Positions 10,622-21,204 of a stretch of DNA of 42,861 bases are shown here, in pieces. The first letter of the stretch is position 1. The number at the start of each line of letters is the position of its first letter. A model generated the notes under the pieces. That model made no database searches. It saw only the letters and a program-made list of their open reading frames with translations, and was not told the DNA's origin. This DNA is from Oscillospiraceae bacterium (lineage in GTDB: Bacteria > Bacillota_I > Bacilli_A > RFN20 > CAG-826). The DNA is taken from positions 1 to 42,861 of the forward strand of contig CAVIPP010000002.1 in assembly GCA_963644615.1 (NCBI GenBank), in the 5' to 3' direction. The translations under genes were made by a program, and so were the position numbers.

Positions 10622-11256
10622 CAAGTAATTCTTTTATTTCTAAAAGCTTAGACTATTTTTTAACTAATTTATAATAATTAGCCATAACCTTTTCCAATAA
10701 CGTATCAATAGTTATTGTACGAGATTGCCATTACGCGTCATCTCTAGTCGTTACAGGTTTAATGGTGTATAGGATATGAAATATTAGGATTATAATGTGT
10801 TTCGCCATTGTTAATTTCTTTAACAGAAGATTCTACCATATGCAATTCTGCAGCAATTTCCTTCAAAAGTTTTATATTTTTTCTTAATGGATAAGTAAGG
10901 TTCTCATCGATATATTTCTGACTTTGGTTAATATTGGAAATAAGTATACTAGAAACATTGTATTCTTCTGCAATTTTTTATTGTGTTATTTTTGATGTTA
11001 ATATTTGTTTTTCCAATATAACGATGTCCATTAATTTTATTTATAAAGCTATAAATATATATTTTCATATCTTATACTCCTTTATTTCCCACGAGGTTGT
11101 CTACCGACCTTTACGGTTTAGATTTTCTCGTTAGCTTAGTATTAATCAATTTGGTTATTATTTATATGATTGATATACTAAACCCCTGTGATACCATCAA
11201 ATTTGGAGTACATTAATTTGATGCAGGTAAAGTTATGTAAGGGCAAGTTATAGTTT
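10622..11256 (-). mobile_element. Group I intron (635 nt) interrupting dnaE
   Basis: P1: the exon end GGGGU pairs with intron nt 13-17 GCCCU, with a U.G wobble at the splice site. P10: intron AACUAU is complementary to exon-2 start AUAGUU. The intron ends in G (10622). A candidate P7 is GACUA/UAGUC. Joining 11257 to 10621 restores ...AQLG-Y-SFSEIH..., and exon 1 plus exon 2 total 4041 nt, divisible by 3. Confidence 0.8.
10759..11068 (-). pseudogene. Decayed GIY-YIG homing endonuclease inside the intron
   Basis: AAGGAG RBS and ATG 11068 give MKIYIYSFINKINGHRYIGKT (GIY...YIG), ending at TAG 10949 after 39 codons. An A-run frameshift continues as KIAEEYNVSSILISNI...IAAELHMVESSVKEINNGE (two HTH/NUMOD-like modules) to TAA 10759. 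Most of the catalytic domain is missing. Confidence 0.7.
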
Positions 11257-13852
11257 ACCCCAATTGTGCGCTAATCTGGACATACCAGATATAGCTGAGT
11301 AAGTTATCAGAAGTTCCTATGGCGCGGCCGCGCCGGAAGAATAACTCCTTGACTGCTTCAATTTCTTTAAATTGTTTTTTTGCGATGGTCTTTCTTAATT
11401 TATTAGCCTCTTTCATATCAAAACCGCTAATTTGTGGATCCATAACGATTTGCATTATAACTTCTTGAGATTCCCCGACACCGCATTTTTTCTTCAAATA
11501 CTTTTCTAAGATTTTTTGTTCTTCTGCATTTAATCCATAAGAAATCATTTCTTCATGCCAAGCATTTGGTAGCCGTTTATGTCGTGCATATTTTTCAAGA
11601 GGTAGTTCTCCATCTCCCATTAATCTCATAAGAGAGGATGAAATCGCCAATTCAGTTAGACTGCGAGGTTGGATAGATTTTATCGCTTGAGAACCAACAA
11701 GAGTATCAAATTGGAAAAGACTACTAATTTCACCTTTTCCCACCATATCCCACATTTCAGATGAAGTATAATCTAATACTTGAGGATCAAGATATTTATT
11801 ATAGGTTGCTCGTAATGAACCTTGCCATTCCATTGTTCCATCTTCTAACATATAGTTCATACATTGTCTAATGCGATCCAACGCTGATACTGTTAAAAAG
11901 TCGTATTTAACCATACCGCATCGCTCAAGAGTGTGTAAATCATAAGATGTAACAATTTGTTCATGAGAAGTTTTCATTACACTATTAAAATCATTAAAGT
12001 CGCCATTAACGCATACAACACCAGAAGCATGAACACCAAGTCTTGTTATAAGACCTTCGATGTTTTGTGCTAATTGCCATAAACGAGGATATAACGTCAT
12101 TTGTTCCACGAAAGCTTTAATTGGACTACGATCTTCTCCGTTGCCATAGTAACAATCTTTTAGACTCCAGTCAAATCCTCTTTCGTTCGGAATCATTGAA
12201 GTAATATAACTAATTACATCGTCATCTATTTTTAATCCGCGTGCCGCAGTTTTAAGCGCACTCTTTGTTCCTTCTGTTCCAAAGGTGCAAACATTGATAA
12301 CATCGCCACCAATGCTGTTGAAATAATCGCGAACCGCATTAAAAACGGCAAGTCGTTTGTCAGACTCTGTATCAAAATCAATATCAGGTAAGTCAGGTCT
12401 AGAAGGGTGTAAGAAACGCCATACAAACGGCAAGTCTTGTTCAATAGGATTCATTTGAGTAATACCCAATAGATAGTTAATTAACAATGCTCCTGCAGAA
12501 CCACGGCTTGGTCCGCTAATACTATTTGCTTCATTCCAAACCAAGTCCATAATTTTACTCATTGTAATAAAATAGTCTGCCATTGGCTGTTCGATCTTAT
12601 CTCCTACTTCTTTTAATGTCCAAAATTCTTCTTCTAATCTCTTATAATAGACACTATCAGACCAAGAGGATTTATACTTTTCGACATATCCATGCGCGAC
12701 CAATCGTGCCAAATAGTTATCACTTTGTTTTGAAGAATGTATAAAGTGATAAAAGTTCGGATATGTTTGTTCGTCAACGTCATTAAAAATTTCTAAATCA
12801 TCTGCATATTCTTCCCAATGCTCGTATTTAACAGTGGCTAGTTTAGGTTTTTGTTCCAATTCATAAAATTGGCACATATCTTTTATTTTACGAGTATTAG
12901 AAACCATTTCATTAAATTGTTCTATCGTAATATAGTCTTTCATTAAAGAATAGACTTCTTCTTGCGACATAATATATGTATATTTATAAAAATCATCAAC
13001 TTCTCTATCTCTTGAAGATTTTGAGTTTAAAAAAGCTTTATGTATTTCTCTTTCGTCTTCTTTAAGATAATGAGCATCAGTTGAAAAAACAAATGGATAT
13101 TTTCCCCAATAGCGTTCAATCATAAACTTATTGTATTGATTTTGATCACTATTTTCTTCATTTGGTTGTAATTCTATAAAGAAATTTCCCTTACCAAAAA
13201 GAGATTCCATTGCCATCAAATGATGGTCTAACTTTTGAATATAATAATCTTTACTTTCTGCAGAAACTTCTTCCCAAGGAAATAAATTTTCACCTTGAGT
13301 TGCCATTTTCCAGCACCAAGCAGCATAACCGCCCAAACAAGCAGTAGAACAAATTAAATGTCCACCTTTTACATATTTTATTAAATCACTAGGATATGTA
13401 GGAGTTCTTAAAATATTTCTAAACCATGCGCGTCTCCATGCCGCGGAACTAATTTGTTTTAACTGGTGAAAACCTTCTGCATCTTTTGCAATAAGGATAA
13501 GATGCCAAAAATGGCAAGGAGAAGTGCCATCCATGCGATTTTCCGTTAAACCTTCTTCACTTAAATAAATCTCGTTGCCAAGAATTACTTTAAAATCTAG
13601 TTCTTTTGACGCGGCGTCGTAACCAATAAAATTTTCTTCTGGATGAATAAGCTGCCATTCTTTTTTCAGCTTGGCCCTATATTCATCTAGCTCTTTTAAT
13701 GTTCCAGACAAGCAATCATGGTCAGTAAAAACGAGTCCGCTTAAACCTATATCCCAAGCATAATCAATCATTTGTTCGGAACGATTGGTACTATCTATAA
13801 TTTTCAAATTTGAGAACTCTGTATGATTGTGTATTCCACAATAATCTCTCAT
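11257..13852 (-). CDS. dnaE: DNA polymerase III alpha (DnaE-type), exon 1 (PHP domain plus polymerase core)
   Basis: HNHTEFS...FTDHD PHP motifs in an 865-aa open frame. About 20 Trp, all TGG, and no TGA. The apparent TAA at 11255-11257 begins with the last exon nucleotide. Confidence 0.9.
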
Positions 13853-13885
13853 TTTTATTCTCCTTTCTAAATATATTATATTATA

Positions 13886-14158
13886 CTAAGCATCTATCTT
13901 TTTGTCTAGCATTTTATCTGCTTTATCTTCAACTATTTCTTTTAGTTTATCTTCTAATTCATTTACTCTCTTTTGTATTACTTCCTTCATATCATTGTAA
14001 ATATCATCAGCATTATTTAAATAATCATCTACAATAGCATGAACTTGTTCAACGGTAAAACCTAAATATAGGGCATCTAATGCGTCTAAAAAGGCGATTT
14101 CCTCTATTAGAGTTTCAAATTGAATGTGATGTTTGTCAAAAAACTCTTTCTTTGTCAT
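13886..14158 (-). CDS. Small acidic hypothetical protein
   Basis: 90-aa ORF with an RBS, packed tightly between the RecJ-like and polymerase genes. Stop is TAG. Confidence 0.6.
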   Translation of the reverse strand: MTKKEFFDKHHIQFETLIEEIAFLDALDALYLGFTVEQVHAIVDDYLNNADDIYNDMKEVIQKRVNELEDKLKEIVEDKADKMLDKKIDA

Positions 14159-14169
14159 AAATATGCTCC

Positions 14170-15981
14170 TTAAATTAAATCAAATAAACTTTGAGGTTTC
14201 TTTTCTACTTTTTCTCTTGGTGTAAGTTCAATTTTATCAATCATTATTTGAACGCTAATGTTTCCGTTCCATTCATTAATTTGAGGACGACCGACAATTT
14301 CCGCGGTTCCATTAGTTATTTGTTGAAGTTGGTTAGCTAAGGTAGTGTTTTTAAAAGCAACGAAGTCTATGTTCCCGCATTTAATTTTTACGCTACTTCG
14401 GTCTTTTCCCATGATAAGAATATCAGTTTTACTATAATCAACAGTAAATGCAAACTTAGGCTGAGGTATCGAATTACCCCATAAGTCATCATATGAAGCC
14501 ATTTCATAAAGCATTTCATAATCAATATCGTATTTATCTTTAAAGATATAATCTACTTCATATACTTGTTCAAAAGCTAATGGATTTAAAGTAGTATTTG
14601 CTTTATCTCTTAACTGGTCGATTTCTGTCGCGGTCAAAAAGGCGCCAAAGGCATTAGGATGTCCTTCTGCGTAGGTTACAGGAAGCGAATGACAAAATTC
14701 TTTAAGGTCATTTAATCCGTAGAAATTACCATTGCGGCCGCTTCCTCCATATACTTCTTTCCCTTCGAATTCTGTTTTACGCAACACTAAGACTGGTCTA
14801 TTAAATTCTTTTACTAACTCCATAGCAATAAGACCTGTTAAAGTAGAATTAACTTTTTTAATGTCTTTATCATCAAGAGTAGCAATAATTAAATTGTCCT
14901 TTTCATGTCCTTCTGCCTTAATTTTTTCGCAAAGCCATTCAAAGCTTTTTCTTTTTTGTGCATCTTGTCTTGATTTTGCATTTGCGGCTAAACGAGCGGC
15001 GCATTGATAAAGAGTTTCATGATGTTCGACCCCTCTCCAAATGCGGCTAAAATCCTCATTACTATTTTCTTCACTCATCGCTCTGAAGACCATTTGTTTA
15101 TCTTCTGGTTCTCCACTTCGGATCACTCCATTAATAATAGGAGCGATATAAAATGCAACATCAATTTTTGTTAAACAATTTGGATTTTTTATGCCATGCG
15201 CTTGTTTAATGGCGATTTCTTTAATTAGTTGGTTTTTAATGTTTCTTAAACCATAATAGGCGATATAATTATTCCCAAGCGTTGTCATATTCATCGCATC
15301 AGCAATAATTCCCACAGCAGCCAAATCAAAGTAATCTTTATAAATTTCTTCACTTGGATAAAACATTTTATCCATTAACATAATAAACATAAAGACCACT
15401 CCTGCACCGCTTAAAAATTTATTGTTAAAATCAGGACTTGTTTGATTATTTACAATAATAGCACCAGTATTCTCTAATTGTTCAATATCGTGATGGTCTA
15501 AAATTATTACAGTCTTATTTTGTGATACTAAAGTCTTTTGTTCTTCTACGTTGTTTGAACCCGCGTCAGGGACAAAAATAAGTGTTCTATCTTCAGGAAT
15601 ATCTTCTAAAACTATTCCGTGTTCTTTACCTGGATGTAAAGCATATTTTAAATCAACTTGAGGGAATCTTCTTCGAATATAATTAATTAAGATTGAACTT
15701 GATGTATATCCATCAGTATCACTATCAACAACTACGAACACCTTCGCGCCATGCATTAATTCTGACCACGCGGTTTTTACAGCCAATTCGATATTACACA
15801 ATTTTCTCGGATCGTCTAAATCTTCCTCTCTAGGTCTATCAATAAAACTAACTATATCTTTTTTATTTATTCCTAATGAGTTTAAATATTGCATGATATA
15901 GTCAATTGCCTTGCCGTGATATTCTTGACTTATTTTATTAACTTTAATTAAATGATTTACTTTTAATTCTACTTTATTCAT
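14170..15981 (-). CDS. DHH-family phosphoesterase / RecJ-like ssDNA exonuclease
   Basis: VVVDSDTDGYTS, VPDAGS, ILDHHD (DHH) and GGSGRNG motifs. 5 Trp, all TGG. Confidence 0.8.
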   Translation of the reverse strand: MNKVELKVNHLIKVNKISQEYHGKAIDYIMQYLNSLGINKKDIVSFIDRPREEDLDDPRKLCNIELAVKTAWSELMHGAKVFVVVDSDTDGYTSSSILINYIRRRFPQVDLKYALHPGKEHGIVLEDIPEDRTLIFVPDAGSNNVEEQKTLVSQNKTVIILDHHDIEQLENTGAIIVNNQTSPDFNNKFLSGAGVVFMFIMLMDKMFYPSEEIYKDYFDLAAVGIIADAMNMTTLGNNYIAYYGLRNIKNQLIKEIAIKQAHGIKNPNCLTKIDVAFYIAPIINGVIRSGEPEDKQMVFRAMSEENSNEDFSRIWRGVEHHETLYQCAARLAANAKSRQDAQKRKSFEWLCEKIKAEGHEKDNLIIATLDDKDIKKVNSTLTGLIAMELVKEFNRPVLVLRKTEFEGKEVYGGSGRNGNFYGLNDLKEFCHSLPVTYAEGHPNAFGAFLTATEIDQLRDKANTTLNPLAFEQVYEVDYIFKDKYDIDYEMLYEMASYDDLWGNSIPQPKFAFTVDYSKTDILIMGKDRSSVKIKCGNIDFVAFKNTTLANQLQQITNGTAEIVGRPQINEWNGNISVQIMIDKIELTPREKVEKKPQSLFDLI

Positions 15982-15994
15982 TTATATAACTCCA

Positions 15995-17068
15995 TTACAC
16001 TATTCTTCTGTCTTTTAATATTTTTTCAAAGGTATCTTTCCCACCATCAATTGGACTACTTTTATAGGGTAAATCAAAATCATAGTCCATTAATATGCTT
16101 ACATTGAAGTATGGTGATAAGATACGCGCCTTTTCAAGATATTTCTTTTCTACTTCATGCAGTTGTTTATAATCTTCATAATCACTATCATAAGCAAGAA
16201 TAACATTGCTTACTTTCATTTTTAGAAGATATTGAATATGGTCTTTTGTTATATTCTGACCAAGCGTTGCCAAAGCAATGCCGTTTTCGTTTCCGTAAAT
16301 AGTATTATATAAAAGGACTGATTTCTCCCCCTCAAATATAATCACTATGTGTTTTCTTTCAATATTCTTATGATTTTCATAAATGCCATAGAAAGTTCTA
16401 CCAGTAGGATGATTATAAAGAATTCCATTATCCCATAGAGGTCTATATTTACCTTTTAATACCTCTTCGGGTTTAAAATGTCTTTCTCTGATACCTATTA
16501 ATTGCCCTTCATAATCAAAGTTAGGAATAACAATTGCTTGGCGATAATCATCATATCTAATATTAAATCGTTGCAAGACATCTATGCCGATTCCTTCTTC
16601 GATCCAAGGCATCAAACCTATATAATTAAAAGAGAATTTTTTTAGAATACTCTTATCGTAAACTTTAAAATCAAGATTATTTACATCAGGTATATACAAG
16701 TTGTTTAATCCTTGCATATATTTTATATCTTCTGCGCAGTTATAACCGCGATCTTCTGGTTTAATATCGGTTGCGTCCAAATCGCAGATTGAAACCGCTT
16801 GTCGTAATGTGATTTCTTGACCTCTTAATCTATACATCTTCTGTAAGAGAGTAAAGATATCAAAAGAAGCCGCACATTCTGTATAACAATGAAATAATTT
16901 TGTATTTTTATAATATATTAATTTAGGACTGCCACCTTCTAAGTTGTGGCAGCAAGTAGGGAAAGTAATAGAACCTTCATCTTCTGCTACTGGTTCAACA
17001 TTAAATTGCATCAGTATTTCTTTTATCATCTCATCACTTAGTTGTTCTCTTAATTCTTGGAAATTCAT
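15995..17068 (-). CDS. DNA primase (DnaG-like: zinc finger plus TOPRIM)
   Basis: CCHN...CYTEC zinc-binding module; IIFEGEKSVL and LAYDSD TOPRIM motifs. Confidence 0.8.
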   Translation of the reverse strand: MNFQELREQLSDEMIKEILMQFNVEPVAEDEGSITFPTCCHNLEGGSPKLIYYKNTKLFHCYTECAASFDIFTLLQKMYRLRGQEITLRQAVSICDLDATDIKPEDRGYNCAEDIKYMQGLNNLYIPDVNNLDFKVYDKSILKKFSFNYIGLMPWIEEGIGIDVLQRFNIRYDDYRQAIVIPNFDYEGQLIGIRERHFKPEEVLKGKYRPLWDNGILYNHPTGRTFYGIYENHKNIERKHIVIIFEGEKSVLLYNTIYGNENGIALATLGQNITKDHIQYLLKMKVSNVILAYDSDYEDYKQLHEVEKKYLEKARILSPYFNVSILMDYDFDLPYKSSPIDGGKDTFEKILKDRRIV

Positions 17069-17069
17069 A

Positions 17070-18662
17070 TTAGATTATCCCCTTTGTTTTTAAATCAAGA
17101 AAATCAAATGGACGTTGTTCATATTTTAATTGACCTATATCTGAAACAGCCTTGTAACTCGCATCTGTTACAAAGTAATCGTCACAATGACAAGTTGAAT
17201 AATCGAAGTATCTAAAGACCTTAACGCAATTTAATTCTCCTCTTCGATTTTTATAAATATCAATTACGATGTTTGGTTCATGCAAAAACTTTTGAGGATT
17301 TTGTTTTTGTAGTTCTTCCCAAACTGCTTGAATTTGATTTTTTTCTTCTTCGCATAAACGGACGCCAATCATACCAATGTCGACTTTATCTGCTATGGCC
17401 TTAGAACCGCGAAGACAGTTTTGATCCCTTAGTCCGATGTTTTTCTTAGACCAGCCATCGTTCAATTGAGTGGCAGATTGAATAAAGACATTATACGTCA
17501 TGGCTGTTTCTTTTAAGCTATTAGAAAGCATCATTAAAGCAACGTCTTCACGAACTTCGACGTCTCTAAACTCACTTAATAGGCCTGGAGATGAAAAGAT
17601 ATAATCATAAAATACATATTCTATTTCATCTTGAATAATATATTTCGCCAAACGCGCTTTAATCATTGCGATACTTGGATCAGGAATTGTTTCGATAATT
17701 AAGTTTTTCCCGTATTTATCAATAATGTCTAATGCTTTTTGAACTCTATCTAATTCATCAGGATTATAATTTCCTAATAAGATGACTTTTTCATTAACGC
17801 CACTAACATAAGCAAGAATCATTGTTTGAATTTCATCTGCCTTCTGTTCTGTTGCGACATATAATACTTTTTGATAATCATCTTTTTCTTTTGTCCCTCT
17901 GAGAACAACTTTTCCACCCTTATCAATATAAGGCATGCTAATCGCGCAAGCATTTCCCACCATATAACGAGTTTTTCCTGAACCGGCAGGAGCGCTGTAA
18001 GTATATAGTTTGCCTAAACGAGCGCCTCGTGTGGCGTAATTTACAATATCACCATCTAAAGGCAATCCTACTTCAGGACGTTCTCTTAGTTCTGCGACCA
18101 AATGGCGCATTCCCTCCGCAGCAGTCTGTGAAGTATTTTGGTCTTTACCGATGTGTCTATTATCAATGTTTACTAATAACTCTCGAATACGATTTGTTAA
18201 TGAGGATAAAGACATTTTATTTAACTTTTCATCTTCTAAATCCCTATTCAAAGCATCTTTTTCGGTATCGTAAAATTGAGTGGTGTCTATACCAATCGCT
18301 TCTAAATCTCTTAAAACAGAAAATTTCTTTAATCTATTGTAGTAAGTTTCAAATTGTTTTTCATCGCTTCCTTCTGCGGTTTGAAAGCATTGAACAACGA
18401 ATTCATATCCTTTTTCTTTTTTATAAAACTCATATTGAGTTTCATATTGATTAAGATATAAGTCTATGTCTTGAGGGGTTATATGCTCGACTCCATTTTG
18501 AGCCATATTGAATATCGCATAAAATACCATTTGTTGTAATGGTTTATAGAAGTCGGTTTTAACAAATACATATCTCTCATCTTGCAAAAGAAGAGGATTA
18601 TGCATCAAACAACTTAAAACATACAAAGACGCGTTAGTATCGAACAAATCTTTTTTAACCAT
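17070..18662 (-). CDS. Replicative DNA helicase (DnaB-like)
   Basis: DnaB-type N-terminal domain, Walker A APAGSGKT, RecA-like core; lies next to the primase gene. Confidence 0.85.
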   Translation of the reverse strand: MVKKDLFDTNASLYVLSCLMHNPLLLQDERYVFVKTDFYKPLQQMVFYAIFNMAQNGVEHITPQDIDLYLNQYETQYEFYKKEKGYEFVVQCFQTAEGSDEKQFETYYNRLKKFSVLRDLEAIGIDTTQFYDTEKDALNRDLEDEKLNKMSLSSLTNRIRELLVNIDNRHIGKDQNTSQTAAEGMRHLVAELRERPEVGLPLDGDIVNYATRGARLGKLYTYSAPAGSGKTRYMVGNACAISMPYIDKGGKVVLRGTKEKDDYQKVLYVATEQKADEIQTMILAYVSGVNEKVILLGNYNPDELDRVQKALDIIDKYGKNLIIETIPDPSIAMIKARLAKYIIQDEIEYVFYDYIFSSPGLLSEFRDVEVREDVALMMLSNSLKETAMTYNVFIQSATQLNDGWSKKNIGLRDQNCLRGSKAIADKVDIGMIGVRLCEEEKNQIQAVWEELQKQNPQKFLHEPNIVIDIYKNRRGELNCVKVFRYFDYSTCHCDDYFVTDASYKAVSDIGQLKYEQRPFDFLDLKTKGII

Positions 18663-19080
18663 TGTCCGACTCTCCTTCGACCTGAATTTCGGTCACATCT
18701 AATTGTTTTGCTTTTCTTTTTTTATGTTCTAATGATTGTATATTGAATATAATATTATTTTCTTGATACTCTACAACTTTCTTCGCCTGGTCAGCTTGAG
18801 CTTTCATTTGCTTTTCCAACTGTTGAAAGTATTGTGCCGCTCTGTCTTTCACAGAAGGGACAAAGCTTAAACCATAGATCGGCTCAAATTTACCATGGAA
18901 GACTTCTTGATACCAAACGATACATCTCGCTATTTCTTTATAGGTCATATTATCAATTAAAATAAAATTACCTATTTGCCGTTGAATAGTAGGGGTGATG
19001 CTTTTTAATTGCATCACCTCACATATCAATTGGTCAAGATCTTGTTTCGTATAAGGCTTACTTGCCATTTGGCGCGGCAA
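18655..19080 (-). CDS. Hypothetical protein (possible replisome organiser or helicase loader, by position only)
   Basis: 141-aa ORF overlapping the helicase start by 8 nt. Confidence 0.6.
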   Translation of the reverse strand: MPRQMASKPYTKQDLDQLICEVMQLKSITPTIQRQIGNFILIDNMTYKEIARCIVWYQEVFHGKFEPIYGLSFVPSVKDRAAQYFQQLEKQMKAQADQAKKVVEYQENNIIFNIQSLEHKKRKAKQLDVTEIQVEGESDNG

Positions 19081-19813
19081 GGGCTTTCTTTACTTCATTA
19101 ATAAAGTTATAAATTCTTTGAAGAGACACACTATCATGTTCTAAATCAAACATACTTATACGTTTTCCGCTAGAAGTTTTTGTTGTATAATCAACTAAGG
19201 CTTTCGCAGCATCTTCAGGATAAGAATCTTGAACTCCTGTAATGACATCTTGTTTCATCTTATCAAAACCTTCTTGATTTAAAACAACAGTTTGATATCT
19301 ATCACAATTATCAGCAATAGCTTTAAAATCTATCACTTTGCGGTCTACTTCAGGTAAATCTTCACCTGAATAAATATATAATCCTAAACCATGTCTTGCA
19401 CATGCCTTAACGAAAGCACGTTGTATGGCCTTATTAACGGAAGTCATATTTATTAGACTTAATGAAATCGCATTGTTACGATTATCCATAACAGGAAGTA
19501 ATTCAATGTATTCTACATCTTTTACTGTTACTCCTACTTTAACATAGCAAGTTTTCCCATCTGTAAAGTATGGAATTTCATTTTCTTCTATTGTTTCGGT
19601 TGTTCTAGTTGAATTATCGGAGTCAGTTATAGTAGAAATTGTTTTAGTTGAGACTTTTCTTGTATATACGTGCATTTGTGCATCAGGGAAGTTCTTTTTA
19701 AGTTCTGCCCAAGCATCTGCCCAAGAGAGATATTTTAATCCAATTTTTTCTTTTATCTTACCTGATAAGTTAATGTCATTTAATATTTGAAATGTATTTT
19801 TTTCTTCGTTCAT
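19058..19813 (-). CDS. Single-strand annealing protein, Rad52/Sak-like (DUF1071-type)
   Basis: N-terminal ...GLKYLSWADAWAELKKNFPDA... resembles the Sak/Rad52-like SSAP signature as I recall it. Confidence 0.5.
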   Translation of the reverse strand: MNEEKNTFQILNDINLSGKIKEKIGLKYLSWADAWAELKKNFPDAQMHVYTRKVSTKTISTITDSDNSTRTTETIEENEIPYFTDGKTCYVKVGVTVKDVEYIELLPVMDNRNNAISLSLINMTSVNKAIQRAFVKACARHGLGLYIYSGEDLPEVDRKVIDFKAIADNCDRYQTVVLNQEGFDKMKQDVITGVQDSYPEDAAKALVDYTTKTSSGKRISMFDLEHDSVSLQRIYNFINEVKKALAAPNGK

Positions 19814-19842
19814 TATTTTTGCTCCTTGAATAAAATATTACA

Positions 19843-19866
19843 AAGAAGAGGGATACCCCTCTTCTT
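19843..19866 (-). terminator. Intrinsic terminator hairpin
   Basis: aagaagaggg (19843-19852), loop atac, ccctcttctt (19857-19866); T-rich tract follows on the minus strand. Confidence 0.6.
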
Positions 19867-19868
19867 AA

Positions 19869-20747
19869 CTAAATTAAACTAGTTTGTTTGAAGGTAACTT
19901 TTGGAGACTCTTCAACGGCAGGAGCTGGATTGCTTTCTTTAGCTTTACCCGCTAATTCAACATCTCGAGCCTTGTATGCGCTGACTAATGATTTAATTAC
20001 ATCAGAAGGATACATTCCTTTTTCTACATCTGTAATGACAGGTGAACCGCCAATAATGTAGAAATTGTGTTGTCTGTTGGTAAAAGTTCTAGTAACTGGT
20101 TCTCCAAAACCACCTGTATTATCTTTTTGAGATTGAACAACGTTAACAATGAATCTTAAATCACCATTAACACTAACAGTTTGTCCAATTTGATAATTTT
20201 GCGCGCCATGAATAATTTCGGTATCACTTGGATTTACATGAAGAACAAATCTATTCATTCCTGTGTCAGAATAATTAGATTGACCTAATGTTAATTCATA
20301 AAGATAAATTGAATTATCTTTCTTTGATACTTTTTCTTTAAGGGTATCAACAATGAAACCGCCAAGTTCATAAGAACCTTCGTCTGCAGTTGTTTCGGCA
20401 ACACCACGAATGAATTTTCCACTTAATTGTTGAGAAGAAACCATTTGATTTGCATTAGTGCTAAAATAACGATTTTCTCTAATTTCGCCAGTGACTTCAA
20501 CTTTTTTACCGACTAATTCATTCATTTTGCTATATGATATATATAGTTGGCTATCTTTTTGTTCTTTTGTTTTTTGATTTGCATAGAAAGAGATTTCAAA
20601 TTCATTATCTCTTCCGCCTAAATTAGAAATGACAGTAGCCTTACCAGAAATAAAACCTGCGCCGTTGTCTTTTCTATTACCGTTTGTTAAGTTGACATTT
20701 AATAAACGACCAACTACTTTAAAAGTGTTTGTTTTTAATAATCCCAT
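19869..20747 (-). CDS. Hypothetical protein, possibly an OB-fold ssDNA-binding protein
   Basis: 292-aa ORF with an AAAGAGG RBS; sits between a wHTH gene and the SSAP gene. No strong motif recognised. Confidence 0.6.
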   Translation of the reverse strand: MGLLKTNTFKVVGRLLNVNLTNGNRKDNGAGFISGKATVISNLGGRDNEFEISFYANQKTKEQKDSQLYISYSKMNELVGKKVEVTGEIRENRYFSTNANQMVSSQQLSGKFIRGVAETTADEGSYELGGFIVDTLKEKVSKKDNSIYLYELTLGQSNYSDTGMNRFVLHVNPSDTEIIHGAQNYQIGQTVSVNGDLRFIVNVVQSQKDNTGGFGEPVTRTFTNRQHNFYIIGGSPVITDVEKGMYPSDVIKSLVSAYKARDVELAGKAKESNPAPAVEESPKVTFKQTSLI

Positions 20748-20840
20748 AGTTTTTTAATTTAACCTCTTTTTCTTTTCTTTTGTTTTGTTTTTTAATTTGT
20801 TTGTTCTATGCATGACCAGCCACAAGTCCGCATCAGTTTA

Positions 20841-21104
20841 CTAAATAATGAAGGCTCTTCCGTTATCGGTTAAGCGATATGTTTTGTATTCTTTTGGTTT
20901 TGTTTCACCCTTATTGTTAGTGAAATCTCTTACAACTGGATCAGCCATTTCAACTAATCCATGTTTAACTAATGAATTGAGAACAGGGTAAATACCTTTA
21001 ACACCTGTCATATCAATCATGTCTTTTCCGACCCAAACTTCGTCGTGGCTTTGCATAAAACCGAGAACTCTTTTTCCGTTATCTGTTAATGTAATTGTTT
21101 CCAT
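20841..21104 (-). CDS. Small winged-helix DNA-binding protein
   Basis: 87 aa; ...VLNSLVKHGLVE... recognition-helix-like segment; has its own promoter. Confidence 0.55.
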   Translation of the reverse strand: METITLTDNGKRVLGFMQSHDEVWVGKDMIDMTGVKGIYPVLNSLVKHGLVEMADPVVRDFTNNKGETKPKEYKTYRLTDNGRAFII

Positions 21105-21166
21105 TAAAATCTCCTTTAATTGTTGTATATAGTAAAGTTATTAGTGGCTTTTTAACTTTATATATT

Positions 21167-21196
21167 ATTATAGTATATCTTTTTTGATTAGTCCAA
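21167..21196 (-). promoter_or_regulatory. Sigma-70-like promoter
   Basis: Minus strand: TTGGAC (21191-21196), 18-nt spacer, TATAAT (21167-21172). Confidence 0.45.
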
Positions 21197-21204
21197 AATA
21201 ATTT

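Noticed and set aside
9177-13852. DnaE as two separately encoded subunits, or an intein
   Set aside because: The intervening 635 nt has stops in the polymerase frame, so it is not an intein. It has P1/P10 pairings, a terminal G and an intron-type GIY-YIG ORF remnant, and precise joining restores a conserved motif and the reading frame.
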